The notes: generated by a model from the sequence alone, not told the origin. A stretch of DNA of 50,933 nucleotides from Minisyncoccota bacterium (GCA_021129515.1 JAJOLD010000006.1:1-50933), one strand, 5' to 3'; shown: positions 29,701-39,581, counted from the first letter of the stretch. Numbers and translations are program-made.

Positions 29701-30376
29701 TTCTGAAGATAGTACAGACAAAACAGCGGCACTGAGCACGCTGAAGTATGTGCTTCGAGAACTTGCGCTTGTGATGGCGCCATCGATGCCGTTCTACTCA
29801 GAGTATCTCTACCGCCGCGTGAAGGAAGAAAGTGATATGGAGAGTGTGCACTTAGCGCAGTGGCCTGAAACTGCTGCAGTAGACGAGGAGGTCTTGGCTG
29901 ACATGGCAACCGTGAGGCAAACGGTCACCCTCGCACTTGAGGCGCGTGCAAAGGCGGGTATCAAAGTGCGACAGCCACTTCAAACACTCACCGTGAAGCA
30001 AGAATCTGTCGTGGCTGATGTGGCATACAAAACACTTATTGCAGATGAGGTGAACATAAAGGAGGTTGTTGCTGATGCATCGCTAGAGCATGAAGTTGTA
30101 CTTGATACTGAAATTACCCCAGCACTCCAGGCAGAAGGCAATGCCCGTGAGTTTATGCGTCACGTACAAGACGCACGCAAGAAAGCAGGACTCCAGCCAG
30201 ACGATGTCATTGTGCTTACCGTGACTGACGCAACCAAGGCGCTTATTGGTGTCCATGGGGAAATAGTCGCGATCACCGTCGGTGCGAGCGAGATTACCAC
30301 TGAGAATCTGGGAGAAGACGCACTTGTCGCGAAAGTCGATGGTACCGACTACCAGTTCACCATCACACTCATGTAA
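26783..30376 (+). CDS. ileS: Isoleucine--tRNA ligase (type 2) with inserted histidine-phosphatase domain
   Basis: DGPPFATGLPHYGH, GWDCHGLP, WTTTPWTLPGN, DWAVSRQRYWG, EGLDQTRGWFY, KMSKS. The insert carries LMRHGEA. Confidence 0.97.
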   Translation: MSDKNKYKENVTASHSEDGVKSDVARREEDVLAFWNEHDIFNKSLEKESPEGDFVFYDGPPFATGLPHYGHILAGTIKDAIPRFWTMNGYHVKRKWGWDCHGLPLENIIEKRLGFSTKRDIEEFGIKNFNEAARDAVMEYADDWKQVIPRMGRWVDMEDDYKTMDPTYTESVWHVFSELYKKGLVYEGFKSMHLSPRSGTTLSNFEVNLGYKDIKDIAVTVKLPLLDEAGEVTDTSLLVWTTTPWTLPGNMAAAVHNDLEYECVEVETDAGKEKYILAKERLIQLGDIPYQVLETILGSALTGKKYQPPFPWLGEQKFEGKDTAWTIYHADYVEVGEEGTGAVHIAPAYGEEDLALAQEEGIPIVHHVDYEGRFMDFVTDFAGQLVKPKDDDDAGVTHLDADIEIVKALNASGKLFKKENITHSYPHDWRNGAPLLNYATTSWFVAVTKIKEELVAANNTVHWVPEHVGTNRFGKWLEGARDWAVSRQRYWGAPLPIWQNPETKDFKVLGSLQEIREHVRRSGNAFFLMRHGEADSNVTGFSSTKIDAANPMTENGTAQVADALVGLKEKNIDLIIASPFQRTRETAEQVAEGLGIAKDAIVYDERIGEVQLGAIDGVSTEEYHQFLDEGGLWCESAPEGGESWSDVKRRVGAFLYDTDKAYEGKNILVIAHNSPLQMLGAVNDGLSLRDEAFAYDADGKRYNNAEVRELPFVPMPHNDNYELDYHRPYIDDIELYDFDPNAPEGARAGGTKLERVPDVFDCWFESGAMPYGQQHYPFENLDQFDPETGKGYPANFIAEGLDQTRGWFYSLIVLGTALFGKSPYQNVIVNGLVLAEDGKKMSKSLQNYPDPMELADRVGVDAMRFYLLSSPIIRAEDLNFAEQGVLELQRKNIGRLHNVLAMYEQYADEYTKADATSTQVLDRWILARLHELTRDVTAGFKGYELDKATRPITDFIDDLSVWYLRRSRDRLKNSEDSTDKTAALSTLKYVLRELALVMAPSMPFYSEYLYRRVKEESDMESVHLAQWPETAAVDEEVLADMATVRQTVTLALEARAKAGIKVRQPLQTLTVKQESVVADVAYKTLIADEVNIKEVVADASLEHEVVLDTEITPALQAEGNAREFMRHVQDARKKAGLQPDDVIVLTVTDATKALIGVHGEIVAITVGASEITTENLGEDALVAKVDGTDYQFTITLM

Positions 30377-30436
30377 CACGCGTGTCGCAGCCGCGCGTGC
30401 ACTACTCTCTACCATCTACCTACTAATTACTACATT

Positions 30437-31012
30437 ATGCCCTACAAGGTATACATCACCGATGCGCTCGTATGCGGACATAAAAACCTCAATACCTCCG
30501 ACAAGGTCTACCAACTCTTTACCCGAGAGGCGGGAATGCTTTGGGTGACCGCGCAGAGTGTCCGTATGGAAAAATCTAAACACCGATACGCACTGCAAGA
30601 TTTTTCTCACATACGGGTGTCACTCGTTCGAGGGAAGGGAGGATGGAGAATTGTTAGCAGCGAAGTACAAGACAACTTGTACTACACCACGAGTAATCGC
30701 TATACACGCGCAACCGTACGTAATGTACTACGACTACTCCGTCGTGTGGTGCGCGGGGAAGAAGCACATGCTGGATTATTTGATGATGTGATGCATGGTT
30801 TTGCACATCTGGGTGTGGTTGCTGATACGCCCCTTGAAACGGTGCTGATGCTGCGTATTATGTATGCACTCGGATATGTGCCTGCGGCTGCGCACTATGA
30901 TGCGGTGCTTGCTGAAAACTACGAGTATACTACAGTAGAGGCACTTACCTCAGACGCCCTTACGGCATGCAAAACAACACTCACACAAGCTATCGCACAC
31001 AGCCAGTTATAG
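30437..31012 (+). CDS. recO: DNA repair protein RecO (short type)
   Basis: N-terminal OB fold: DKVYQLFTREAGML..AQSVRMEKSK.RYALQ. Confidence 0.85.
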   Translation: MPYKVYITDALVCGHKNLNTSDKVYQLFTREAGMLWVTAQSVRMEKSKHRYALQDFSHIRVSLVRGKGGWRIVSSEVQDNLYYTTSNRYTRATVRNVLRLLRRVVRGEEAHAGLFDDVMHGFAHLGVVADTPLETVLMLRIMYALGYVPAAAHYDAVLAENYEYTTVEALTSDALTACKTTLTQAIAHSQL

Positions 31013-31042
31013 AGGGTGTTGCGCATGCTATACTCACCACAT

Positions 31043-33058
31043 ATGCCCATGACACCGCAATCACCACACGAACACACTCCGCATCCAAAAAAGGATACTG
31101 AACATGATCCGCGCGAATCGTTGCGTTCGCGGGTGAGTCATTCGGAGGGTATTGAATCAATGCGCGACAGGCTCTATCAGCGTGGTAATACGCAGGCGCC
31201 AACCAAGCGAACCAAGCTTATCGACACGTCTATTCGCACGCCGCGGACTTCCTGGGAACAGCCACCAGTGACAACAAGTGCTACATCAGAAACAATGCAA
31301 GATGCGCTTGCACAGACATCTATGGGTACAAAACGTAAAAAAACATATCGAGTAAAGCTTGTCCTTGCAGGGATATTCTTCTTTGTGGTTGCTATGGGTC
31401 TTTCTAGTGCATTTTTGTATTTTGGTACTAACTCAATTTCAGGCAGCAATATTGCCATTGATGTATCAGGACCATTTTCCATTGGTGGCGGTGAAGAAAT
31501 ACCGATTCAAATTTCAGTCGCCAATCAAAATACGGTATCAATTGAATCAGCAACACTCATTGTTGAGTACCCAGCCGGGACACAATCGACAACCGAACGA
31601 GGTAAGGAGCTGTTTACCGAACGTATCCCACTCAATGATATTGGCACCGGTGAAGTGGTGAATGTACCTGCTCGAGCTATTGTCTATGGTGAAGAAAATG
31701 AAGAAAAAGAGGTGACCGTATCGGTAGAGTATCGTGTCAGCGGTTCGAATGCGACTTTCTTTAAAGAAGCAGACCCTCTTCGCTTTAAAATCAACTCATC
31801 ACCAGTTGCAATGCGTGTCGAGACAGTCGAGAAAATATCTTCAGGTGAAGAAATTGCCGTGCAGGTTGTGGTGTCATCAAATGCCCCAACCGAGATAACA
31901 GACATTTTAGTTAAAGCAGCATATCCATATGGCTTTGATTATTCGACAGCTTCTCCAGAGCCTGTGTCAGGACAAGATGTCTGGCATATTGCATCCTTGG
32001 CACCTGAAGAAACAAAAGTCATAGATATTACAGGTATTATTGTGGGAAAACAAAACGATGAACGAGTCTTCAATTTCTCAACAGGTGTGCCAAACGAACG
32101 TGACCCATATGCACTCGCATCTATCTTTTCTACCACTGATGTCGGTGTGCAAATGGAAGATCCGTTCCTTGGCATTACTGTGAGTGTCAATGGGAAAGAG
32201 AATGATATTGTGGTGATTGAACCTAAAGAGAGTGCAGTGGTGCGTATTAATTTTACCAATACCCTGAATGACACACTCTATGATGGGATTGTTGAGGCAA
32301 AGCTTGATGGTAACGCACTCAACGAAATTACCATCAATAGCGCAGAAGGTTTCTACGATTCAACAACAAATACCATTACATGGGATTCTGTGGATGTAGG
32401 GTCATTGTCTGAGCTACTTCCCGGTGGTAGTAGTCAAGTTGATTTTCAGTTAGTATCGAGCAAGGATGCTGCACAGACACCAGAAATAAATCTTGAAGTG
32501 TCAGTCAAAGGGCGTCGTGTCTTTGAAGACCGGGTACCACAAGAACTCAATGGCGGTGTGTCACGGATTATCCGTGTTGAGAGTGCGGTGACATTTGCTT
32601 CTTCGGTACTCCATTCAGCAGGACCGTTTACCAACACTGGTCCTGTGCCACCAGTTGCAGAAGAAGTGACGCAGTACACTCTTGATTTATCGGTGGAAAA
32701 TGGAAGTAACGATATCACGCTCGCCGAAGTGACTGCTGTGTTGCCGCCATATGTCACTTGGCTTGATTTAAAAACAGCTGATGATGTTGTGGTCTATGAT
32801 GCAGTAAATCGTTTGATGACATGGACCATTGGAGATATGGATGCAAATACTCGTGAGACCGCTTCGGTGCAGGTCTCAGTGACTCCGAGTCTCAACCAAA
32901 TCGGCACCGTACCAAATATACTTGAGTCACAGCAGTTTAAAGCCACTGACCGATTTACCGGCACTGTACTTCGCGCATCCACTCCTGCAATTACAACGAT
33001 GTTATTGGAAGATCCCTACCACGAAGCACGTTCAGGCGGGCAAGTACAAGCACCGTAA
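31043..33058 (+). CDS. Membrane-anchored protein with multiple beta-sandwich (DUF11/Ig-like) repeats
   Basis: Single TM segment followed by beta-rich repeats ending in W.I..L.P.E-type motifs. The start codon is uncertain. Confidence 0.75.
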   Translation: MPMTPQSPHEHTPHPKKDTEHDPRESLRSRVSHSEGIESMRDRLYQRGNTQAPTKRTKLIDTSIRTPRTSWEQPPVTTSATSETMQDALAQTSMGTKRKKTYRVKLVLAGIFFFVVAMGLSSAFLYFGTNSISGSNIAIDVSGPFSIGGGEEIPIQISVANQNTVSIESATLIVEYPAGTQSTTERGKELFTERIPLNDIGTGEVVNVPARAIVYGEENEEKEVTVSVEYRVSGSNATFFKEADPLRFKINSSPVAMRVETVEKISSGEEIAVQVVVSSNAPTEITDILVKAAYPYGFDYSTASPEPVSGQDVWHIASLAPEETKVIDITGIIVGKQNDERVFNFSTGVPNERDPYALASIFSTTDVGVQMEDPFLGITVSVNGKENDIVVIEPKESAVVRINFTNTLNDTLYDGIVEAKLDGNALNEITINSAEGFYDSTTNTITWDSVDVGSLSELLPGGSSQVDFQLVSSKDAAQTPEINLEVSVKGRRVFEDRVPQELNGGVSRIIRVESAVTFASSVLHSAGPFTNTGPVPPVAEEVTQYTLDLSVENGSNDITLAEVTAVLPPYVTWLDLKTADDVVVYDAVNRLMTWTIGDMDANTRETASVQVSVTPSLNQIGTVPNILESQQFKATDRFTGTVLRASTPAITTMLLEDPYHEARSGGQVQAP

Positions 33059-33211
33059 GTAGTATACGTAGTTGGTATAGAGGATTCGATACGCTCACGT
33101 GAGAGAACAAAAGTGAAGATTCTGTTCGTGGTGACCGCTTTGTCACCGCAAGCATGGTGTATTTCATGCTACATAAGCACTGGATTAATCCATAATATGC
33201 AGGTATAGTAC

Positions 33212-33436
33212 GGGAATTAAATGAAGAAATGAGCGCAAGCGACTATTCTAAATTTAGTTCCCAATTTCTTCCTGACCTAGAAGAAATTGCTGGAACACTA
33301 AGCAGTATCAAATGATAATGACCGAAAACAACACAATGGTGAATGAAGAAAGGAATGAGAAGGTCTGGGAGACCTTCGAATCGACTATTCTGAATTTACA
33401 TCTCAATTTGCCCCTAGTCTAGGGCAAATTGCTAGG
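33212..33436 (+). ncRNA. Tandem pair of candidate structured RNA motifs upstream of glyQS
   Basis: Two copies (33212-33293 and 33336-33436) share AATGAAGAA...GACTATTCT.AATTT and CAATTT...AAATTGCT.G, with compensatory changes in the stems. Confidence 0.45.
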
Positions 33437-33464
33437 TGCTCGTATGTTAAATAATGTTTTAAAT

Positions 33465-34853
33465 ATGAAAGAAGAAGGTAACTCAAAAATGGAAAAGATC
33501 GTATCGCTCTGCAAGCGACGAGGGTTTGTCTTCCAAGGTAGTGAAATTTATGGAGGCTTAAAGGGAACCTGGGACCATGGACCGCTTGGTGTCGCACTCA
33601 ACAACAACATAAAGCGCGAGTGGTGGAAGCTGTTTGTCGATAGTCGTGAAGATATGTATGGATTGGATGCTGCAATCATCATGAATGCAAAAACATGGGA
33701 TGTTTCAGGACATACTGGTTCTGGTTTTTGTGACCCACTGGTAGAAGACTCAGAGACGGGTGAGCGTTTCCGCGCTGACCACCTCTTGAAGGACCATGGT
33801 ATTGACGCAGAAGGTATGTTGCTTGAGGAAATTGATGGCATTATTGCAGAAAAAGGAATCAAAAGCCCAAAAGGAAATACACTCTCTCCAGCGCGGCAGT
33901 TTAACCTTATGTTTGAAAGTCGTATTGGTGCAACTGCGGGGGATGAAGGAAAAGTATATCTGCGACCAGAAACTGCGCAGGGTATTTTTGTAAACTTTAA
34001 AAATGTTGTGGATGCAATGAGTCCCAAGATGCCCTTTGGTATTGCGCAGATTGGTAAAGCATTTCGCAACGAAATTGCGCCGCGCGAGTTTCTTTTCCGC
34101 GTACGTGAGTTTGAACAAATGGAGATTGAATATTTTGTAAAAGAAGAGCACTGGGAGGAGGAATATGAGAAACTCCGAAAGGACATCCAGGTGTGGCACA
34201 AACACCTCGGACTTCGTGACGAAAATATCCGCGAGTATGAGGTGCCCGATAATGACCTTGCTCACTACTCGAAGCGTACTATCGACTTTGAATACAACTA
34301 TCCGGGCAAGGGCTTTGATGAACTTGCAGGTTTTGCGTACCGCACCGATCACGACCTTAAAAGCCATATGGAAGCAAGTGGTGTGTCTCAGGAGTATATT
34401 GAGCCAGATGGATCGCGGTATATTCCACATGTGCTCGAACCATCCTTTGGTATTGGGCGCGCAATTACGGCAGTGCTCTGCGAGGCATACACTGAAGACG
34501 AAATGGGTGGTGATACGCGCACGTATCTCAAACTTCCTGCGCACCTTGCACCGTACCGCGCAGCAGTCTCGCCGCTTTTGAAGAACAAGCCGCAGCTCGT
34601 AGAAAAAGCACGCGAGGTATTTACCATGCTGAAAAAGGAATTTGGCAATATCGCGTGGGACGATAACGGCAATGTAGGGAAGCGGTATCGTCGTCAAGAT
34701 GAAATCGGTACTCCTGCATGTATCGTTATCGACTTCGATACCTTGGGAGATGAGAAACCCGAACACAAAGACACGGTCACCGTACGTGACCGCGACACAG
34801 GCGAGCAGGAACGATTCAAAATTGAGGATTTAGTCGCTAAGCTTTCAGAATAA
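33465..34853 (+). CDS. glyQS: Glycine--tRNA ligase (alpha2, archaeal/eukaryote-like)
   Basis: LCKRRGFVF.GSEIYGG, YLRPETAQGIF, GKAFRNEI, REFEQMEIE, GKRYRRQDEIGTP. Confidence 0.98.
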   Translation: MKEEGNSKMEKIVSLCKRRGFVFQGSEIYGGLKGTWDHGPLGVALNNNIKREWWKLFVDSREDMYGLDAAIIMNAKTWDVSGHTGSGFCDPLVEDSETGERFRADHLLKDHGIDAEGMLLEEIDGIIAEKGIKSPKGNTLSPARQFNLMFESRIGATAGDEGKVYLRPETAQGIFVNFKNVVDAMSPKMPFGIAQIGKAFRNEIAPREFLFRVREFEQMEIEYFVKEEHWEEEYEKLRKDIQVWHKHLGLRDENIREYEVPDNDLAHYSKRTIDFEYNYPGKGFDELAGFAYRTDHDLKSHMEASGVSQEYIEPDGSRYIPHVLEPSFGIGRAITAVLCEAYTEDEMGGDTRTYLKLPAHLAPYRAAVSPLLKNKPQLVEKAREVFTMLKKEFGNIAWDDNGNVGKRYRRQDEIGTPACIVIDFDTLGDEKPEHKDTVTVRDRDTGEQERFKIEDLVAKLSE

Positions 34854-34870
34854 CCCAAGAATCTTGCTGT

Positions 34871-34902
34871 CGTCATTGCGAGCGGCATGCGAAGCAATCT
34901 AG
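34871..34902. repeat. Single REP-like unit
   Basis: CGTCATTGCGAGCGGCATGCGAAGCAATCTAG. Confidence 0.85.
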
Positions 34903-34921
34903 TAGTTATAGTACGTACACT

Positions 34922-36361
34922 ATGTCTGAGAAAAAACCAAAATACATCACCACCACGTTGCCATATGTAAACGCAGACCCACATATTGGGTTTGGACTTG
35001 AGATTGTGCAAGCCGATACGCTTGCGCGCTATTATCGTCTTATGGGTGAAGAGGTGTTTTTCACGACGGGTACCGATGAGCACGGACAAAAAATCGCACA
35101 AAAAGCAGATGAAGCAGGGCGTGACCGTCAGGAATATGTTGACCACTTTGCGGGTGAGTTCAATCGACTCAAAGATGCACTCAATCTCTCATACGACACC
35201 TTCATCCGTACTACCGATGCCAACCACATTGCCGCTGCACAAGAGATGTGGAAGCGATGCGATGCAGCTGGTGATATTTATAAGAAAAAATACAAAGGAC
35301 TCTATTGTGTCGGTGATGAAATGTTTGTAAAGGAGTCAGACCTCGTCAACGGGAAATGCCCGAATCACCCCACACAAGATCCAATCGAAGTTGAGGAAGA
35401 GAACTATTTCTTCAAACTCTCAAACTATCAGGAGTACCTCGAGGAGTATCTCTCACAAGAAGGGGTAATAGAGCCCGAATGGCGACGGCAGGAGGCGCTG
35501 AAGTTCGTACAAGGTGGTCTAGAAGATTTCAGCATTTCACGCGAGGTGTCACGTATGGACTGGGGTATCCCGGTTCCAGGAGACGATGCGCATGTCATGT
35601 ATGTGTGGTTTGATGCGCTCACCAACTACATCTCAACGACCGGCTGGCCCGAGGAAAACGGTAACTTTACAAAATTTTGGGAGGAGGGTGAAACACTCCA
35701 GCTTGGCGGTAAGGACCAAGTGCGCTTCCAGTCAATTATGTGGCAGGCAATGCTTAAGAGCGCAGGTGTTGCGGCAACCGACAAGGTCTTCTACCACGGC
35801 TTTATCAATAGTGGGGGACAGAAGATGAGTAAGTCATTGGGGAATGTTATTTCGCCGTACGAGCTTGTCGAGAAGTATGGTACCGATGCAACCCGCTACA
35901 TCCTCCTTCGCCACGTACATCCATTCGATGACTCCGATCTCACCTGGGAAAAGATGGACGAATACTATACCGCGAACCTCGTGAATGGTTTGGGAAACCT
36001 CACTGCACGTATTATGAAAATGGCAGAGACACATCTCGATGGACCTATCGAGCGACCCGAGACAGCAGGATTTGACACTGCATATACTGATGCATTCGAC
36101 ACGTGTAACTTCCAAGCAGCCTGTGACTTCGTGTGGCAAAAGGTAGGAGCACTCGACGAGAAAATCACCGAAACAGAACCATTCCGACTCGTAAAGACCG
36201 ACAAGGAAGCCGCGGTGCAGATAATCAAGGAATTAGTACACGACCTCTATATGGTGGGGCGTATGCTCAATCCAATCATGCCCGAGGCGAATGTCATTAT
36301 CAAAGAAGCCGTCCTCGCAAACAAAAAACCCGACAATCTTTTTGCACGGTTAGAAACATAA
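34922..36361 (+). CDS. metG: Methionine--tRNA ligase
   Basis: YITTTLPYVNADPHIG, GTDEHGQK, YVWFDALTNY, KMSKSLGN. Confidence 0.98.
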   Translation: MSEKKPKYITTTLPYVNADPHIGFGLEIVQADTLARYYRLMGEEVFFTTGTDEHGQKIAQKADEAGRDRQEYVDHFAGEFNRLKDALNLSYDTFIRTTDANHIAAAQEMWKRCDAAGDIYKKKYKGLYCVGDEMFVKESDLVNGKCPNHPTQDPIEVEEENYFFKLSNYQEYLEEYLSQEGVIEPEWRRQEALKFVQGGLEDFSISREVSRMDWGIPVPGDDAHVMYVWFDALTNYISTTGWPEENGNFTKFWEEGETLQLGGKDQVRFQSIMWQAMLKSAGVAATDKVFYHGFINSGGQKMSKSLGNVISPYELVEKYGTDATRYILLRHVHPFDDSDLTWEKMDEYYTANLVNGLGNLTARIMKMAETHLDGPIERPETAGFDTAYTDAFDTCNFQAACDFVWQKVGALDEKITETEPFRLVKTDKEAAVQIIKELVHDLYMVGRMLNPIMPEANVIIKEAVLANKKPDNLFARLET

Positions 36362-36393
36362 ATCTTCGCATTTCATTTTTTAAAAACAGGAAT

Positions 36394-36423
36394 CAAAAAC
36401 CTTTCGGGTAACCGAAAGGTTTG
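36394..36423. repeat. Palindrome or terminator after metG, related to 45756-45795
   Basis: AAACCTTTCGG-GTAA-CCGAAAGGTTT. Confidence 0.7.
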
Positions 36424-36559
36424 TTAGTGTCTGTCTCCATTGAAAGGTTCAGCCTCTCCATGCAATCTGCTTGGATTTTAGAAAAATTTTATCTTGGTTT
36501 TGTATGATGATTGAGTATGAAATATTTTCTATTGCAATTATGCAGCATGGTACTGGTGC

Positions 36560-37537
36560 TTGGTGCACAAGCCCACCGTTGCAAATAGCGACATGCTCGC
36601 TACCGCACAAGCCCATCACGCAGAAACGCTTGATGTCTGGGAGCCTCCCGAAGGTGTGAGGGTGTGCAACATTGTCGGTACTGGTTTGCCAACCATGTAT
36701 GGACAGTCTGATAGTGATATTTATTATCTTAATTTACCACTTTATAATGCCAACAATCCTGACAGGAAACATTCAGATATTACGGAAGTACCTTCGGTAC
36801 AACAGTTAGTGGAAAATGTACTGAATGGAACATCAACAACTATCGATTTGATTTCAGATAGCAAACCAAAATATATCGACGAGTACGATATAGAAACCAT
36901 CGATTCACCAGTGCATATTTCTGCAGAAGATACCGAAGGCAATATCACAGGGGTAGTAATCGAAGATGACGAAGAGAGTATCAAAGAAGAAATGCCAGGG
37001 AGTCACTATTTCGAGTTTGGCGGCACAAAGTATCTCATTATTCCGTCAGGAGTAACACGAACCACAACACTTATCGGAGAAGCATACGGGGGATATACAC
37101 TCACCATTGCTACATTAAACGAAGAAGACAATCACACCACACTCCACGCCATTGAGAACGCAACCGTGACACCAACCATGCAGGTAACTTATACAAAAGA
37201 TGAAGCAGGATATGGATTGGTCACCACAGACCTTGATGGAGATGGAGAAATTGATATCACAAGTACCATAAATGGCGAGGTTATTCCCGACGAGCAAGTG
37301 ACCTATGAGACGCTCATTGCCGTAATTGAGTCACTTGAACTTTCGCCACGAAAGGAACGCATATTACTTCGTTTAACTAAACTTGCACAGAAGTTTGACA
37401 AGAAAAAGAGAACACAACGACTAGAAAAACGTGTCCTCAAACTACTCAATAGATTTGTTGATAGGTATGAACGGAGAGGGTATATAACAGCAGAGCAGTG
37501 TGATGGGGTGGTTGATATAATTAACATCTTAAAGTAA
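36560..37537 (+). pseudogene. C-terminal remnant of a secreted lipase/LCAT-like acyltransferase
   Basis: VCNIVGTGLPT and ...HSDIT resemble the C-terminal half of LCAT-like alpha/beta hydrolases. The GxSxG nucleophile and GDGTV segments are absent. A DLDGDG Ca-type motif follows. Confidence 0.55.
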
Positions 37538-37541
37538 TCAT

Positions 37542-37949
37542 ATGTCTATACAAAATATAAGAATTATTTTGACCTCGATATTATTATTTAGTGCTGTAGC
37601 ACTTGGTGTCTACACTGAATATTTTTGCGTTGACGTACAGTGTTATTATGATTTTGAAAGATCATTTGGTGAGCCTGCGTTTTGGTATACAGCATCTTTA
37701 TTACCATCTTTTGTACTTTTATTGTTCGTCAAATCATCCGTTTTCAAAAATTGGCTCAAATATATTGTGTCATGGTACATCCCCGTATCGATTTTTGCAG
37801 TCAACCAAGTTTCAGTAAACAGTTCTTCGATATTGTCGTTTGATAGAAGCACCGTAGCAGTGCTCTGGATGTCAGTGCTCTTCATTATCACTGTTATTTT
37901 CACTGGTGTATTGTGGTGGAAAGACAGAAAGCGCAAAGCGCCTGAGTAA
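37542..37949 (+). CDS. Small multi-TM membrane protein
   Basis: About 4 hydrophobic segments. Starts 4 nt after the upstream stop codon. Confidence 0.7.
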   Translation: MSIQNIRIILTSILLFSAVALGVYTEYFCVDVQCYYDFERSFGEPAFWYTASLLPSFVLLLFVKSSVFKNWLKYIVSWYIPVSIFAVNQVSVNSSSILSFDRSTVAVLWMSVLFIITVIFTGVLWWKDRKRKAPE

Positions 37950-38000
37950 AGAAACTCATGAGTGACTGTATAGCAGATTTTGTGATAGGCTTATGTGGTA

Positions 38001-38849
38001 ATGAACTACGAATACATCGACACGCATACACATGTGAACCTCCAGGCATATAAGGAAGACTGGGAGGAGGTTATTGCACGTACACGAGCGGCTGGTGTGG
38101 CACATATTAATGTGGGTACCCAGCAAGATACATCTCGGCGCGCGGTTGAAATGGCAGAGGCATACGAAGACGGTGTATACGCTATGGTGGGGCTGCACCC
38201 GGTGCATACCGATGCGTCGTATCATGATGAAAAAGAATTTGGTCCTGAACAAAAAGGATTTACGACACGCGGTGAGGTATTTGATACTGACTATTATCGG
38301 AAGCTTGCAGGGAGCGAGAAGGTGGTTGCCATAGGGGAGTGCGGGCTTGATTACTACCGCATCAGTCCTGAAACAAAAGAAAAACAGGACGCAGCGTTTA
38401 TCGCGCAGATTGAACTTGCGAATGAAGTGGGGAAGCCATTGATGCTCCATATCCGACCAAGTGACGATCCGTCTGCTCCAAATGCGTATGAGGATGCATA
38501 TGCAATTATTAAAAAATATGCGAAGGTGCGTGGGAATGCCCACTTTTTTGCAGGCACTGTAGAAGATGCGAAAAAATTTTGGGACGTGGGATACTCAGTA
38601 TCGTTCACGGGCGTTATTACCTTTACCTGTGACTATGATGAGGTGGTGCAGGCTGCACCGAAAGAACTTATTCATGCAGAAACCGACGCGCCATATGTGA
38701 CCCCTGTACCGTATCGTGGGAAGCGCAATGAACCTCTGCATGTTCGTGAAGTATATAAAAGAATTGCGCAGATACGTGGTGAAGACGAAGCGGCCTTGCG
38801 TGCGCAACTACGTACAAATGCTCAGCATATGTATGGTATTGCATTGTAA
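38001..38849 (+). CDS. tatD: TatD family hydrolase (DNase)
   Basis: IDTHTH, VGLHP, AIGECGLDY, PLMLH, AETDAPY, GKRNEP. Confidence 0.96.
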   Translation: MNYEYIDTHTHVNLQAYKEDWEEVIARTRAAGVAHINVGTQQDTSRRAVEMAEAYEDGVYAMVGLHPVHTDASYHDEKEFGPEQKGFTTRGEVFDTDYYRKLAGSEKVVAIGECGLDYYRISPETKEKQDAAFIAQIELANEVGKPLMLHIRPSDDPSAPNAYEDAYAIIKKYAKVRGNAHFFAGTVEDAKKFWDVGYSVSFTGVITFTCDYDEVVQAAPKELIHAETDAPYVTPVPYRGKRNEPLHVREVYKRIAQIRGEDEAALRAQLRTNAQHMYGIAL

Positions 38850-38948
38850 TGTGAGCGCACTACATCTGCATACAACGTGTGATACATAAAACACCTGCGT
38901 TACGCAGGTGTTTTGGTATGAGGTCGCTGCAGTGCGACCTCATGCTGA

Positions 38949-39311
38949 CTATCTTGGTACCAGTACCACCTTTTCAGGTAACAGTTGTTTGCTACGAATA
39001 ATTGTAAACGCAGCGCTCAGTAGATGTAGCGGTTCTACTGCATTTCTGCTTGCCACGTCGCGAAGCGGCTGCAGTATTTTTTGCTCTGCATGTGTGAGTT
39101 CCGCATATATCCAGGTCTTTTCTGTCACACACGCAGTTGCTTTTGGGTGTAATGCAAGTTTTCTGACGATACTGTTAATCTCAGCGTTGCTCAGTAGTTG
39201 TTGCGCTGCAGCGAGCGTGTCTGTATTAACACAAGGCTTAGCAACCGTAGACGCTGCGACTATGTGTGTAGGTGTGGTAAGTACCAGTACGATAACAATG
39301 TGAAAGAACAT
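38949..39311 (-). CDS. Small secreted hypothetical protein (paralog A)
   Basis: GAGGGAG SD, hydrophobic N-terminus, similar to 39835-40206. Confidence 0.6.
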   Translation of the reverse strand: MFFHIVIVLVLTTPTHIVAASTVAKPCVNTDTLAAAQQLLSNAEINSIVRKLALHPKATACVTEKTWIYAELTHAEQKILQPLRDVASRNAVEPLHLLSAAFTIIRSKQLLPEKVVLVPR

Positions 39312-39581
39312 AACCCATACTCCCTCATGTTGGTTGCTGATATTACTGAAATATCATGGGAAGAATACCAAAACAAAAAACTGCAGATAGGAATGAAAGA
39401 CTCAAAACGAGTAGTAACCCTTTGAACTTAGGTATTTCTTGAGTTTGTATATAACCATCTTCCGTCGATAGGTGGCGTTACCTGCTCACTATACTTGGAG
39501 AGTATGGATACTGTCAAATACAGCCATGGCACCTGTGCTAATTAAAAGTCATATTTTAAGTCGTACTATGTAACAAAGATT

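Noticed and set aside
33060..33460. T-box or glycine riboswitch upstream of glyQS (ileS, argS and metG leaders also checked)
   Set aside because: No GGTGGNACCGCG T-box bulge and no glycine-aptamer consensus is visible.
26927..34766. Long antisense ORFs (26927-27976, 33750-34766, also 20424-21092)
   Set aside because: These are shadow frames opposite highly conserved genes (ileS, glyQS, glyA).
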